Of a stretch of 64,000 nucleotides of DNA, positions 27,433-37,563 are shown piece after piece. Position 1 is the first letter of the stretch. Each line of letters opens with the position of its first letter. Origin of the DNA: Solirubrobacteraceae bacterium (GTDB taxonomy: Bacteria; Actinomycetota; Thermoleophilia; Solirubrobacterales; Solirubrobacteraceae); the NCBI GenBank assembly GCA_035567055.1, contig DATMQX010000002.1:425-64424 (forward strand), in the 5' to 3' direction. Made by a program: the position numbers and the translations under genes. The notes below the pieces were generated by a model. The model saw nothing but the letters and a program-made list of their open reading frames with translations. It made no database searches and was not told the DNA's origin.

Positions 27433-27770
27433 GCATGAACGACGTCGTCCATCTCGAGCTGCACACCGGCGACGAGCGCGGTGCCAGCGCGTTCTACTCG
27501 ACGCTGCTGCATTGGCGGCCCGAGCGCGTCGGGCCCTACCTGACACTCGAGCTGGGTTGCGGTGTGGGCGGCGGGATCGTCGAGTGCGCTACCCAGCGAC
27601 CGCTCTGGCTGCCCTACGTTGAGGTCCACGACGTCGACGCCACGACCGCGCGCGCGCAGGATCTGGGCGCGTCTGTTCTGCTCGCCCCACGTTGCGGCCC
27701 GGTCGGTCGGCGCAGCGTCGTGACGACACCCACCGGCGGCGAGATCGCGTTCTGGGAGGGGCGGCGATGA
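27429..27770 (+). CDS. VOC/glyoxalase family protein
   Basis: 'VVHLELHT..ASAFYS..L.W', 'WLPYVEVHDVD..A..LGASV', 'TPTGGEIAFW'. Confidence 0.85.
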   Translation: MSMNDVVHLELHTGDERGASAFYSTLLHWRPERVGPYLTLELGCGVGGGIVECATQRPLWLPYVEVHDVDATTARAQDLGASVLLAPRCGPVGRRSVVTTPTGGEIAFWEGRR

Positions 27771-28774
27771 CCGAGGAGCAGCTGCTTGACGCCGCGCGCG
27801 ACGGCGACGAGGATGCCTTCGGCGCGCTCATCGAGACGCACCGCTCCGCGCTGTACGCGCATTGCTACCGAATGCTCGGCTCCGCCGAGGACGCCGACGA
27901 TGCCCTCCAGGACGCGTTGCTGCGGGCGTGGCGCGGGCTACCACGCTTTCGGGGCGGTAGCCCGCTGCGCTCGTGGCTGTATGCGATCGCGACGAACGCG
28001 TCGCTGCGGGCGATCGAGCGCCGACCCAACCGCGTGCTGCCGATCGACTACGGCCCACCGTCGGACCCGCACGAAGCCCCTGGCGCGCCGCTGACCGAGT
28101 CGATTTGGATCGACCCGCTGCCGGATGCGTCGCTCGGACCCGACGCCGGCTACGAGCAGCGCGAGACCGTGGAGCTCGCGTTCATCGCCGCGCTGCAGCT
28201 GCTGCCTGCCCGCCAGCGTGCCGTGCTGATCCTGCGCGACGTGTTGGGCTTCTCGGGCGCAGAGGTCGCCGCTTTGCTGGACACGACACCGGCGTCGGTC
28301 TACAGCGCCCTGCAGCGTGCGCACCGGACAGTCGACGCGCGACTTCCGGAGCGCAGCCAGCAGGCGACGCTGCGTGCTCTGGGCGATGCCGAGCTGCGCG
28401 CGATCGTCGACGGCTACGTCGCCGCCTGGGAGCGCGGTGACGTCGATGCCCTCGCGACGATGCTGAGCGACGAAGCGACCATGTCGATGCCGCCGATCGC
28501 CACCTGGTTCCGGGGCCGCGCGGCGGTGCTCGAGTTCCTCACGCGACGACCCCTTGATGGGCGCCTACGCTGGCCCTCGATCCAGGTGCGCGCGAACGGG
28601 CAGCTCGCGTTCGGCCACTATCGCGCCGACCCACGCGACGGCAGTGTGACGCCGCACAGCATCAGCGTGGTGACGCTCCGCGGCTCGCAGATCGACGCGA
28701 TCACGGCATTTCTGGAGCCGCAGCTGTTCGAGCGCTTCGCCCTTGGGGCGCTGCCCGTCGCGGCGCCGAGCTGA
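27767..28774 (+). CDS. ECF sigma factor with C-terminal SnoaL domain (SigG-like)
   Basis: 'HCYRMLGSAEDADDALQDALLRAWR', 'LPARQRAVLILRDVLG', then a SnoaL-like 'YVAAWERGDVDAL' extension. Confidence 0.9.
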   Translation: MTEEQLLDAARDGDEDAFGALIETHRSALYAHCYRMLGSAEDADDALQDALLRAWRGLPRFRGGSPLRSWLYAIATNASLRAIERRPNRVLPIDYGPPSDPHEAPGAPLTESIWIDPLPDASLGPDAGYEQRETVELAFIAALQLLPARQRAVLILRDVLGFSGAEVAALLDTTPASVYSALQRAHRTVDARLPERSQQATLRALGDAELRAIVDGYVAAWERGDVDALATMLSDEATMSMPPIATWFRGRAAVLEFLTRRPLDGRLRWPSIQVRANGQLAFGHYRADPRDGSVTPHSISVVTLRGSQIDAITAFLEPQLFERFALGALPVAAPS

Positions 28775-28878
28775 GGCACGTCCCGCCGAGCGCGACGATC
28801 GCACGACCTGCCGCACGGGCCCGCTGTGTTATAGATCGCGATCCGTCAGCATCACCGACCCGCCGAAGGGGCTTCACG

Positions 28879-30282
28879 ATGGCTACTGGCCGCGCGACAA
28901 GCCAAGAAGCCGCTACGAGCCCGCGCCTGCCGCGCGGCCCGCACGCACTGTCGCGGCAAGAGGTCGCCGACAATCAGCGGACGCGCATCATGAGCGCGAT
29001 GATCGAGCTTGTCGGCGAGCAGGGTTATGGCGCCACGGCGGTCGGCCACGTGACCAAGCGTGCCGGCGTTTCACGCAAGGCGTTCTACGAGCACTTCACG
29101 AGCAAGCAGGATTGCTTCCTTGCGACGTACGACATGATCGTCGGTGAGGGCTACGAGCGCGTGGCCGGCGCGTCGCGCGAGGCCGGCGGGCTGCAGGAGG
29201 AACTCGGCCTGGGACTCGGCGCACTGTTTGCGCGGGCGAACGAGACGCCGAGCATCCAGCGCCTCGTGCTTCTGGAGGTGGCCGCTCTCGGGCCCGCCGG
29301 GATCGAACGGCGCGAGCAGCTGATCAGCGCCTATGAAGGGATGCTTCGCGAGAACCTCGGCGCTGCGCCGCGACCGGGGCGCATCCCCAACCCGATGCTG
29401 AGGGCCGTGGTCGGCGGCTTCCTGAAGGTGCTGTACACGCGGGTCCAAGGCGGCGCGCAGAAGCAGCTGCCCCAGCTGATTCCGGATCTCGTAGCCTGGT
29501 CGTTCACCTACCTCCCGCTGCCCGACTCCATGAACGCGATCGGGGAGTTGCGGCCGATCAGCTCCCCGACGGGCCTTGTGGGAGGACGCGCTCCAGGAAG
29601 CCTTTCGCCCCGATCCACCTCGAGCAGAAGACGAGCAGCCAAGTCGCGCACCTCCGGCCCCTCACGCAGCTTCCTCGTCCACAGCCAGCGTGAGCGGATC
29701 CTCGACGCCATAGCCCAAATCAGTGCCGAGAAGGGATATGCGAATCTGACGCTCGAGGACGTCGCCGAGCGCGCGTCCATCTCGCTGCAGGCGTTCTACG
29801 AGCACTTCGCCAGCAAGGAGGATGCCTTCCTGGTCGCCTATGAGGTGGGGCACGGCAAAGCTCTCGCGCTGGTCGAGCGCGCACACGATGCCGCACCCGA
29901 CTGGCCTCACGCTGTACGCGCCGGGATCACGACCTTGCTCGAGTTCCTCGCCTCAGAGCCCGCCTTCGCGCATCTGGCGCTCGTCGACGCGCTGATCGCA
30001 ACCGCGCAAACCGTCGATCGCGCCAACAGGGGCTTCGTGCAGTACACGGAGCTGCTGGCTCCCGGCTTCGAACAAGCGCACGACAGCAAGCCGCCCGGGG
30101 TGACGATCGAGGCGATCGCCGGCGGGATCTTCGAGCTGTGCCTCACCTACACCGTGCAGGGTCACGTGCACGAGCTCACCGAGCTCGCGCCGTGGGTCAC
30201 TTACTTCGCGCTGGCACCGTTCGTCGGCACCGAGGAGGCGGGACGAGTGGCGTGCGAGCCGGCGGGTGACGGGCCGACTTGA
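28879..30282 (+). CDS. Tandem double TetR/AcrR regulator
   Basis: Two TetR HTHs: 'QRTRIMSAM..GY..VSRKAFYEHF.SKQDCF' and 'QRERILDAI..GY..ISLQAFYEHF.SKEDAF'. Confidence 0.85.
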   Translation: MATGRATSQEAATSPRLPRGPHALSRQEVADNQRTRIMSAMIELVGEQGYGATAVGHVTKRAGVSRKAFYEHFTSKQDCFLATYDMIVGEGYERVAGASREAGGLQEELGLGLGALFARANETPSIQRLVLLEVAALGPAGIERREQLISAYEGMLRENLGAAPRPGRIPNPMLRAVVGGFLKVLYTRVQGGAQKQLPQLIPDLVAWSFTYLPLPDSMNAIGELRPISSPTGLVGGRAPGSLSPRSTSSRRRAAKSRTSGPSRSFLVHSQRERILDAIAQISAEKGYANLTLEDVAERASISLQAFYEHFASKEDAFLVAYEVGHGKALALVERAHDAAPDWPHAVRAGITTLLEFLASEPAFAHLALVDALIATAQTVDRANRGFVQYTELLAPGFEQAHDSKPPGVTIEAIAGGIFELCLTYTVQGHVHELTELAPWVTYFALAPFVGTEEAGRVACEPAGDGPT

Positions 30283-30287
30283 GGAGG

Positions 30288-31262
30288 CTAGGGGATTGCC
30301 GGTGGTTGGAAGAACAGTCGTCGCGCGAGAAGCGACCCAGGGCCCGCCGTCAGCGGGTCGGGCGGGGTGGTCAGTTTCGTCGATGTCACGGCGGCGCTGG
30401 CGGGTGCTCGTACCGACACCGGGCGTCCGTAGCCGCTGAAGCGAACGACCGTGGTCACGGCCGTCCTGCCAGATGCCGAAGGTCCACTGAAGGTCTCGAG
30501 GACTCGAACCGGGCGCCCTTGCGCATCGATCCACACATCGAGTGCCGCCTGGACGCGGCGGTAGGCGAGTGCGTTCTCGATATGTCCAGCTGACGGCCGG
30601 AGGAACACCTCGAGGTTGGTCAGCAGGTGATACCGGGTGGTCGCCACCCCATTCACGTTCTCCCGACCGATGCGGCTCACAGGAGCGCGGATCCTCGCCA
30701 GGGCCCGAAAGACGAAGGGCGGGTCAGTGAACGCATCGCCTTCGGAGGCGAACGTGCCATGCGACCCGCGCTGCAGGCGTGCACCTACCCAGTGAACGCG
30801 TGGCGGATGGGCGCCGGGCTGAAGACGGCGCCCGGCCGCGTAGAGCACGCCACTCACGCTGCGCCGTTCGAGGACCTGGCCCGCGTTTCCGAAACGCACC
30901 GTGGTCGTGTAGTCGCCGCTCGCGAAGTCGATCGCGCCCTGCTCCGTGATGCCATCTCGGTGACGACCGTTCACGGTGACGGTGAGCACGGACTGGAATC
31001 GCAACGTGCCTGCCCTTTCTGCGGCGGCACGAGCCCCGTCGAGGACGCTGCGCGCTTGGGCTGTTCGGCCAGCCGTAAGAACAACAAGGACGGCAACGAC
31101 CGCTGCAGCGATCCCGCCGCCGGATAGGAGGACGGCCCGCGGGGAGATCGGCGAGCGCGGAGCGCGCGAGCCCGTCGCTCCGGCGTGCTCGAGGTCGCGC
31201 AGCTGCCCGCCGAAGCGCTCGAGTGTCGGCAGGCGCCACGGATCGTTCGGACGTGGGCTCAC
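30288..31262 (-). CDS. Membrane-anchored LppX/LprAFG-like protein, probable anti-sigma partner
   Basis: Single TM; extracellular 'GRENVNGVATTRY...VWIDAQGRPVR..FSGYGRPVSV.AP' fold; ATGA-coupled to the ECF sigma. Confidence 0.65.
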   Translation of the reverse strand: MSPRPNDPWRLPTLERFGGQLRDLEHAGATGSRAPRSPISPRAVLLSGGGIAAAVVAVLVVLTAGRTAQARSVLDGARAAAERAGTLRFQSVLTVTVNGRHRDGITEQGAIDFASGDYTTTVRFGNAGQVLERRSVSGVLYAAGRRLQPGAHPPRVHWVGARLQRGSHGTFASEGDAFTDPPFVFRALARIRAPVSRIGRENVNGVATTRYHLLTNLEVFLRPSAGHIENALAYRRVQAALDVWIDAQGRPVRVLETFSGPSASGRTAVTTVVRFSGYGRPVSVRAPASAAVTSTKLTTPPDPLTAGPGSLLARRLFFQPPAIP

Positions 31263-31861
31263 GGCTCGAACATCTCGATTGCGGTTTGTAGTTGCTTGCT
31301 CGCGCCGAGCGCCCGCAATGCGCGCGATGCCCGCGCGCGGACGACGTCATGGGACACGGCGAGTCGCTCAGCGATCTCCTGATCGCTGAGGTCGTCGATA
31401 AAGCGCAACATGATCACCTCTCGCTGGTCTGCTGAGAGCGTATCCAGGGCGAGCGAGATCTGGCGGCGGATGTCTTCGCGCGCGATCAGCCGCTCGACCT
31501 CGCGCAGCTCCTCGTCGCTCGGCGCTGGACGCTCGAGCCCGAGCCGCCGAAGCGCCGACATTTCAACGGAACGTGAGCGGTGAAAGCGGGCAAGCTCGTG
31601 TCGCGCGATGCTCCACAGCCACGCGGCGGCCTGCTTGTCGTTCGTGCCCCGAAAGTCCCGGCGCTTCTCGAAGGCCTTGGAGAACGTCTCCGCTACCAGG
31701 TCGAACGCGGCTTGGCTGTCATGCGTCTGCCTGGCGAAGAAGCGAAGCACGCTGGGCGACATCTGCTCGTAGAACTCGGCGAACGCCTTGGGCGAGGAGC
31801 GTGATCGAGCAAGCACGCCGAGGCGGCGGCTGGGGTCGAACCGGGATCGTCGCACCGTCAT
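31259..31861 (-). CDS. ECF RNA polymerase sigma factor
   Basis: 'AFAEFYEQM...AFDLVAETF..AAAWLWSIARH', 'LSADQREVIMLRF..IAERL..VRARASRAL'. Confidence 0.85.
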   Translation of the reverse strand: MTVRRSRFDPSRRLGVLARSRSSPKAFAEFYEQMSPSVLRFFARQTHDSQAAFDLVAETFSKAFEKRRDFRGTNDKQAAAWLWSIARHELARFHRSRSVEMSALRRLGLERPAPSDEELREVERLIAREDIRRQISLALDTLSADQREVIMLRFIDDLSDQEIAERLAVSHDVVRARASRALRALGASKQLQTAIEMFEP

Positions 31862-31977
31862 GATTGCGGTCGGCCGACGCCGGCTGCGTTCGCGTCGGTG
31901 GAGCCATTCCGATAAGGCTGCCCCCCCATCGGCCAAAACGATACGCCCTAGCCATCCGAATGCGCTGCAAGGGTCGA

Positions 31978-32013
31978 ATCAGCGACGGACGCATCAGCGA
32001 CGGACGCATCAGC
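31978..32013 (+). repeat. 15-bp tandem repeat x2.4
   Basis: ATCAGCGACGGACGC twice, plus ATCAGC. Confidence 0.85.
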
Positions 32014-32096
32014 TCGTCTTCTCGTCGGCGATCGATCTGCGGCGCCCGCGCTGCAGACCGGCTGTTCAATGAGTGCTGGCCAGAGCCGCGTTCGCG

Positions 32097-32780
32097 TTAG
32101 GCGCCCGGAGCGGACGGCGCGTCGGGCGGAGGGGGTAGAGCGAGCGATCCGACGTGCTGGCCGCCTCCGGGAAGCTCATATGCGAGGTATGCCAGCGGCG
32201 TAGCGCTGAGGAACCGGAAGGCGCGGTTCGCGTTGGCAACGACGGTGGTGCGATGGCCACCGGCGTCAGTGATGTTCACCTCGCCGGTTCCCGTCGGGAG
32301 GATGCCCGTGACCTGATAGCCCGCCGGAATCACTGTCAGGCTTGTGGTCCCCGCGGTTTCAACCGATGACGCCCGTGCGCAGCCACCGCCAGTCGCCTGT
32401 CCGACAGCAATCGAAACCATGCAGACGACTTCGTTCCCGGGCACGAGGTATTCCGCGTCTTCTCCGACGTGAGAGATCCTGCGCGCGAGAGCGCTGTTTG
32501 CCCCTGCTGTGTTGACTTCATCCTCGCTCGCAAGCTTGTTCATCACCTGTGCAACCGCAGGTAGCTGCTGAGCTTCGCTTGCGTCGAGCGGCTTTCCCAG
32601 GGCGGGGAACGCAGCGACCATGCGGGGCGTTACCTCCTGGATAACCAGGGGCGTCATCCCGCTGTTGCTATCACCGGCTGACTGCTGGGCGAGCGCGAAC
32701 CCGCAAGCGGATCCCGCCGCCATCACGCCGAGCATCGTAGCCGTCATCGCGCGCCTTGACGTGTGCCTGATTCTGCTCAT
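32097..32780 (-). CDS. Secreted hypothetical protein
   Basis: Signal peptide; 'YLVPG..VCM..GGGC' Cys pair; Pro-rich tail. Confidence 0.65.
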   Translation of the reverse strand: MSRIRHTSRRAMTATMLGVMAAGSACGFALAQQSAGDSNSGMTPLVIQEVTPRMVAAFPALGKPLDASEAQQLPAVAQVMNKLASEDEVNTAGANSALARRISHVGEDAEYLVPGNEVVCMVSIAVGQATGGGCARASSVETAGTTSLTVIPAGYQVTGILPTGTGEVNITDAGGHRTTVVANANRAFRFLSATPLAYLAYELPGGGQHVGSLALPPPPDAPSAPGA

Positions 32781-32839
32781 AGTCGCTCAGCTCCGCAGGT
32801 GACGATCTGCGTTGCCGTTGGCGTAAGACCCGGGCGGGC

Positions 32840-33226
32840 TCATCCCAAAGCTACCGCGCCGATTGTGAGTTCGCCGCCGCTGTAGAGCCAACCCTGAGCT
32901 ATCGCCAAGGCATTTTCTCGGTTGGGAAAGTGGCGGAACGTTTCCGAGCGGCCTTCGTCGCAGCCCGAGCCGTACTCCCATGCGTGTCCATTCCACGCCA
33001 GCGCGCACGATCTTTTCATCGCGGTACCGCCGACGTGATTCATGGTGACCCATTCCCACAGGTGATATCCGCCCGGGTCTCTGAGTTCGCATCCGCTGCA
33101 TGTCTTCCATCCCCAGGAGTCTTCGTACGCACTCGCTGTCCGAGCCCCGACCGCGAGCACAGCCAGGATTGCGAGGGTCGCGAGCGATGCCGCCACTGGT
33201 CTGAACTGCAAACGACGTGCGAACAA
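32840..33226 (-). CDS. Small secreted Cys/Trp-rich protein
   Basis: AGGAG RBS before TTG 33226; signal peptide ending ASA; mature part with 4 Cys and several Trp. Confidence 0.55.
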   Translation of the reverse strand: MFARRLQFRPVAASLATLAILAVLAVGARTASAYEDSWGWKTCSGCELRDPGGYHLWEWVTMNHVGGTAMKRSCALAWNGHAWEYGSGCDEGRSETFRHFPNRENALAIAQGWLYSGGELTIGAVALG

Positions 33227-33567
33227 CGCTCGATCTCTCCTCGTGTTGACCTCTTTGCCGCGATCCCGGCGATCGCCGGACCGTCCCGTCAAGCCGTATC
33301 AGCCGCTATAGATCCGCCAAGCCCGGATCTGTGACGCGACCGCCGGAAACGACGCTCCTCGAGAAGCTGATAGGACGCGCTCGGTCTCGAGAGCTACGGC
33401 TCCCGAGCTTGGAGTCTGGGTGAGACGGGCGATCGGCACTGCAGGCACGTCAGCCGCGCCGTATCCTGGACCACCAATGACAGCGGTCTCGCCGGTCGAG
33501 TCGACCTGCAGAGAGCATCGCTGATCGCCTGGCAAGCACACCGCAACCGGTCGAAGGGCAGGCACCG

Positions 33568-34452
33568 ATGATCGGCATCTCCTCCACAGCGTTCCCCGCG
33601 CTCACCCTGTCGGGCGACGTCTGGATCGTGCTCGGGGTATTCGTCTTCGCTTTCCTCGCATTCGTGTTCGCCTACTTCACCGAAACCGGCACTGAAATCC
33701 GGTTCCACGCCTGGGGCGACACGCGCGGCGACGCACCCGGCTCGTTTGGAGTGGGGAACGTCGGCAAAGACCCGACGCTGGAAGTGAGCAGCTGGACGCG
33801 AGGGACCTCCGCACGCCGCGGCCGCAACCTGCCCCCGCGCAGAGCGGTAGGGGCAGCCGAGCGAGGCGATCCAGAGCTGCTCGCCCGACTCGCGACGTGG
33901 AGGCGACGAGTCAGCTCAGACAGCGGTGGCCTATCCGTTCCACCGGACCCGTCACGCGACCATATGATCGGTCCGCCTCAGGCGTCGCTGCAGTTGGTCG
34001 AGTACGCGGACTTCGAATGCCCCTCGTGTCAGGCCGCGGCGTCGGTCGTCACACGTCTGCGCAAGCGTTTGGGCGATGGACTGCTCGTCGTCCAGCGTCA
34101 CTTCCCGATCGTCGACGCCCACCCGATGGCGATGGTCGCCGCCGAAGCCGTGGAGGCCGCCAGCGCACAGGGCCGGTTTTGGGAGATGTATCGAGGCATC
34201 TATCGCAGTCGTCGTCCGCCGACGCGGGATAGCCTTCATCGGCTCGCCGTACGCCTGGGTCTTGACGTGCAGCGGTACGAGGACGAGTTGCGAGAGCGGC
34301 TGCACGCGCGCCGGGTGCGCGAGGACTTCGAGACGGGTCTGCACAGTGGAGTCAACGGAACCCCAACCTTCTTCGTCAATGGCATCCGCCACGACGACGA
34401 GCACACCTTCGACTCTCTACTCGCCGCACTCGAGAGAGCCCGTCTCGAGTAG
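33568..34452 (+). CDS. Membrane-anchored DsbA-family thiol oxidoreductase
   Basis: 'EYADFECPSC', 'RHFPI', 'GVNGTPTFFVNG'. Confidence 0.85.
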   Translation: MIGISSTAFPALTLSGDVWIVLGVFVFAFLAFVFAYFTETGTEIRFHAWGDTRGDAPGSFGVGNVGKDPTLEVSSWTRGTSARRGRNLPPRRAVGAAERGDPELLARLATWRRRVSSDSGGLSVPPDPSRDHMIGPPQASLQLVEYADFECPSCQAAASVVTRLRKRLGDGLLVVQRHFPIVDAHPMAMVAAEAVEAASAQGRFWEMYRGIYRSRRPPTRDSLHRLAVRLGLDVQRYEDELRERLHARRVREDFETGLHSGVNGTPTFFVNGIRHDDEHTFDSLLAALERARLE

Positions 34453-34519
34453 CGGAGCAGGCGGGGCGCGGCCGTCGAGGGGGACGGCGGGGACAGTGAT
34501 CGGCGGCGGCCGGGCGCGC

Positions 34520-35044
34520 CTATGACGTCGGGTCGATCTCGCCAGGCGGTCCTGGCTCGCCCGGCCGGAGATCCAGCTGCCACCACTCCACGTCGTGCCA
34601 CGCCCCCGTCTTCCAGCCGATGCGGCGGAAGGTCCCGACCGGAGCGAATCCCATCGTTCGATGCAGGCCGCTGCTCGCATCGTTGGGCTGGGTGATCCCG
34701 GCGCAGAGCGTCCAAAGGCCGATCGCGCGCAGCTGGTCGAACAGTCGCGTGTACAGCGCGCGTCCCACGCCGGACCGATGGTGCCCGGCGTCGATGTAGG
34801 CGGCAACGTCCGCCGCCCAACGATACGCGGCACGCTCGCGGTGCGGTGAGCCGTAGGCGTAGCCGACGACGACCCCGTCGCTCTCGGCGACGACCCACGC
34901 GTGCGCCGCTCTCATGCGGCCGCACATCTCCTCCTCGGTCGGCGGACGCGCCTCGAAGGATGCGACCGAGTCGCTCACGTAGGGCGCGTAGATCGCGGCG
35001 CACGCGGCCGCGTCGCTCTGCGGATCGGCGTCTCGGACGATCAT
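34520..35044 (-). CDS. GNAT N-acetyltransferase (phosphinothricin acetyltransferase-like)
   Basis: 'AAIYAPYV..SFE..P', 'GVGRALY', 'GWKTGAWHDV.WWQ'. Confidence 0.85.
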   Translation of the reverse strand: MIVRDADPQSDAAACAAIYAPYVSDSVASFEARPPTEEEMCGRMRAAHAWVVAESDGVVVGYAYGSPHRERAAYRWAADVAAYIDAGHHRSGVGRALYTRLFDQLRAIGLWTLCAGITQPNDASSGLHRTMGFAPVGTFRRIGWKTGAWHDVEWWQLDLRPGEPGPPGEIDPTS

Positions 35045-35132
35045 CGCCGGCAGACCATAGATCCTGCCCCTGACTGCAAGCGCGGCCGCGCGAGGGCCCT
35101 GCGGACACCCGAGATCGGGGCAGCCGGTGCCG

Positions 35133-35696
35133 TCAGCCGCGGACGGTCTTCATCGCCGCGGTCCACGACTCGAGCTGGTCGAACAGAGCGACCGCCGCTT
35201 CGTCGTGCTGGGGCCCCGGCACGAACCTCGAGAAGTCCTCGAAGTCGGTGAACATCGAGAAGCTCAGCTGCTGGCGCACGTGCGCAATCTGGAGCTCGCT
35301 GCAGATCGCGCGAAGATGCTCGATGGCGCGGGCGCCCCCCACCGAGCCGTAGCTGACGAATGCCGCCGCCTTGTTGTTCCACTCGCCGTACAGGTAGTCG
35401 ATGGCGTTCTTGAGCACGCCGGAGGTGGAGTGGTTGTACTCGGGCGTGACGAAGATGAAGCCGTCATAGGCACCGATCGTGGCGGCCCACGACTTGGTGT
35501 GCTCGCCGACGTACTGGCCCAGCGTGGGCGGCATGGGCTCGTCCATGTGAGGGAGGGGATGATCCGCCAGGTCGACGAGCTCATACTGCGCATCCGTGCG
35601 TGACGCCGCCTTCTCCGTGACCCAGTCGGCGACGGCCTTGCCGTTGCGGCCGGGACGGGTGCTCCCCAGGATGATCGCGATCTTCAGGTCGGGCAT
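35133..35696 (-). CDS. NADPH-dependent FMN reductase
   Basis: 'ILGSTRPGR', 'VTPEYNHS..LKNAID', 'SYGSVGGARA'. Confidence 0.9.
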   Translation of the reverse strand: MPDLKIAIILGSTRPGRNGKAVADWVTEKAASRTDAQYELVDLADHPLPHMDEPMPPTLGQYVGEHTKSWAATIGAYDGFIFVTPEYNHSTSGVLKNAIDYLYGEWNNKAAAFVSYGSVGGARAIEHLRAICSELQIAHVRQQLSFSMFTDFEDFSRFVPGPQHDEAAVALFDQLESWTAAMKTVRG

Positions 35697-35842
35697 GGCT
35701 TCCTTTCGCTCGAGCGTGCCGCCGCGCTTGCGCACGGCGGCACTGCCTTGTGTTTGGGTGCTCTTCTGCGAGGCGGGAGGGGCTTGTTCTCTATCGACGA
35801 GTGCGTCTCGGTCGCAGGGATCCGCTCGTCACTCCCCGCTGT

Positions 35843-36439
35843 TCACGCGCGGGGGCTCGCCAGCTGCCGGTCGGTCGTGTCACCCGCCGCGCCGCGGCCG
35901 GGATCTGCGATGGGACCGAGCTCGAGCTCGGCTGTGAGGTTGACGTCGCCGCGGATCATGCCGCCGCGGTTCCAGGTCATGCCCACGTCCTCGCGCGGGA
36001 CGGTCGCCGTGGTGCTGAGGTGCAGCCGCCCGTGTTCGCCGCGCGTGACGCGAACGGGCAGTTGCAGCCGGACCACCTTGCCCGCAACGGTGAGGTCGCC
36101 GCTGATCGTGAGATTCTCGTCGGAACGGGGCGTGATCGCGGTGGCGGTGAAGGAGAGGGTGGGGTGGTTGGACACGTCGAAGAAATCGGCCGAGCCCAAA
36201 TGCGCATCGCGCTTGGCGTGCCCGGTGTCGAAGCTCGCGGCCTCGATCGTCAGATCCGCGCGGGCGCCCTCCGGCAGCACCTCGAGCTGCCCGTGAAAGC
36301 GCTCGAAGCGTCCCTTGACGGTGGCCAGCCCCCACATCGTCTTGACCGCAAACTCGAGTCGGCTGCCGGCTGGTTCGGAGCTCCACACGCCGACTGGCAA
36401 TCCGAGATCCGATGGTGCGTTCGGGCCTTGCGTGCTCAT
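35843..36439 (-). CDS. YceI family (polyisoprenoid-binding) protein
   Basis: 'VKGRF', 'AASFDTG..RDAHL.SADFFD..HP..F', 'GDLTVAG'. Confidence 0.85.
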   Translation of the reverse strand: MSTQGPNAPSDLGLPVGVWSSEPAGSRLEFAVKTMWGLATVKGRFERFHGQLEVLPEGARADLTIEAASFDTGHAKRDAHLGSADFFDVSNHPTLSFTATAITPRSDENLTISGDLTVAGKVVRLQLPVRVTRGEHGRLHLSTTATVPREDVGMTWNRGGMIRGDVNLTAELELGPIADPGRGAAGDTTDRQLASPRA

Positions 36440-36460
36440 GGGTGTCTCCCTTACAGTTGG

Positions 36461-36513
36461 CGGACTGTTGGTCCGTTTACCTTGGAGAGGCCAGCATAGC
36501 GGACCGCAGTCCG
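36461..36513. promoter_or_regulatory. Two CGGAC-N4/5-GTCCG palindromes, probable TetR operators
   Basis: 36461-36475 and 36500-36513, between the divergent yceI-like and tetR genes. Confidence 0.55.
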
Positions 36514-36528
36514 ATTGGGATTCATTCG

Positions 36529-37251
36529 ATGCCAGAGCGCCATCGTCCCTCGCTACCGCTGCCACTCCCGCTCCTCGAGCACCCTCCTGAGCGCGGCGAT
36601 GCGGCGGCGAACCGCAAGCGCATCCTCGCGGCCGCGCGTGCGCTGTTCGCCGAGCGCGGCGTCGATGGCACCTCGATGGACGCGGTCGCGGCGGCCGCCC
36701 GCGTTGGCAAGGGCACTCTGTTTCGTCGCTTCGGCGATCGTGCGGGACTCATCGATGCGCTGCTCGACGACGCCATGGCGGAGTTTCAGGACGCGTTCCT
36801 CTCGGGCCCGCCGCCTCTCGGACCGACCACCCCGGCGAGCGTACGTCTCGAGGCCTTTCTCGACGAGCTCGTGCGACTGATAGACGCCCAGCTCGATTTC
36901 GCTCTCGCGGCGACTCGCGCCACGGCTGCCGGTGCTCAGGTGAGCGCTCACGGCCCGCTCGCGCTGTTCGTGCGCGTGATGCTCGCCGAGATCGACCCGT
37001 CGCTCGACGACGAGGTTGTGGCCGAGCTGCTGCTCGGCGCCACATCGGCAGGCGTCGTGTACCAGCTGCGGCGCGACCGCGGGATCGAGCTGGAGCGGAT
37101 TCAGGCCGCCGCTAGGGCACTGCTGCACGGAGTCATCGAGTCAGGCGACGACGGTCCGCGAGGCGCCGCGCACCCGCCGATCGCCGCTCGAGCATCGGAT
37201 GGGCGGCGCAGCGCTCCCGTGCGCCGCCCGCCAGCTGCAACCAAGCCCTAG
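36529..37251 (+). CDS. TetR family regulator
   Basis: 'ERGDAAANRKRILAAARALFAERG..SMDAVA..VGKGTLFRRFGDR'. Confidence 0.9.
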   Translation: MPERHRPSLPLPLPLLEHPPERGDAAANRKRILAAARALFAERGVDGTSMDAVAAAARVGKGTLFRRFGDRAGLIDALLDDAMAEFQDAFLSGPPPLGPTTPASVRLEAFLDELVRLIDAQLDFALAATRATAAGAQVSAHGPLALFVRVMLAEIDPSLDDEVVAELLLGATSAGVVYQLRRDRGIELERIQAAARALLHGVIESGDDGPRGAAHPPIAARASDGRRSAPVRRPPAATKP

Positions 37252-37278
37252 CGAGGCCGAGGCGACTCCCGCGTCCTC

Positions 37279-37563
37279 TCAGGCGACGCCGGGCGCGGCA
37301 TCGCAACCGTACAGGTGTTCGCGCAGCTGGTCACAGCTCTCGGCCGACCAGCGCTCACTCGCCTCCAGGGACTCGATCAGTTCCTCAGCCGCCCTGAGCA
37401 GGCGGCGGTTCTCGGGCTCACCGAACAGCAGGGCGTCGGCGGCTTCCAGCAATTGCTCGCGCTCTCTCGCGTGGAGCTTCGTCGGACCCTGATGGTCAAT
37501 CGTCTCGAGCAGCGCCGTGTAGTGGGCGCCGCGCGTACTCATCGGCTCGACCGTCATCATCAT
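37279..37563 (-). CDS. Small helical hypothetical protein
   Basis: 'KLHAREREQLLEAADALLF...L..SERW..L.GC'. Confidence 0.55.
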   Translation of the reverse strand: MMMTVEPMSTRGAHYTALLETIDHQGPTKLHAREREQLLEAADALLFGEPENRRLLRAAEELIESLEASERWSAESCDQLREHLYGCDAAPGVA

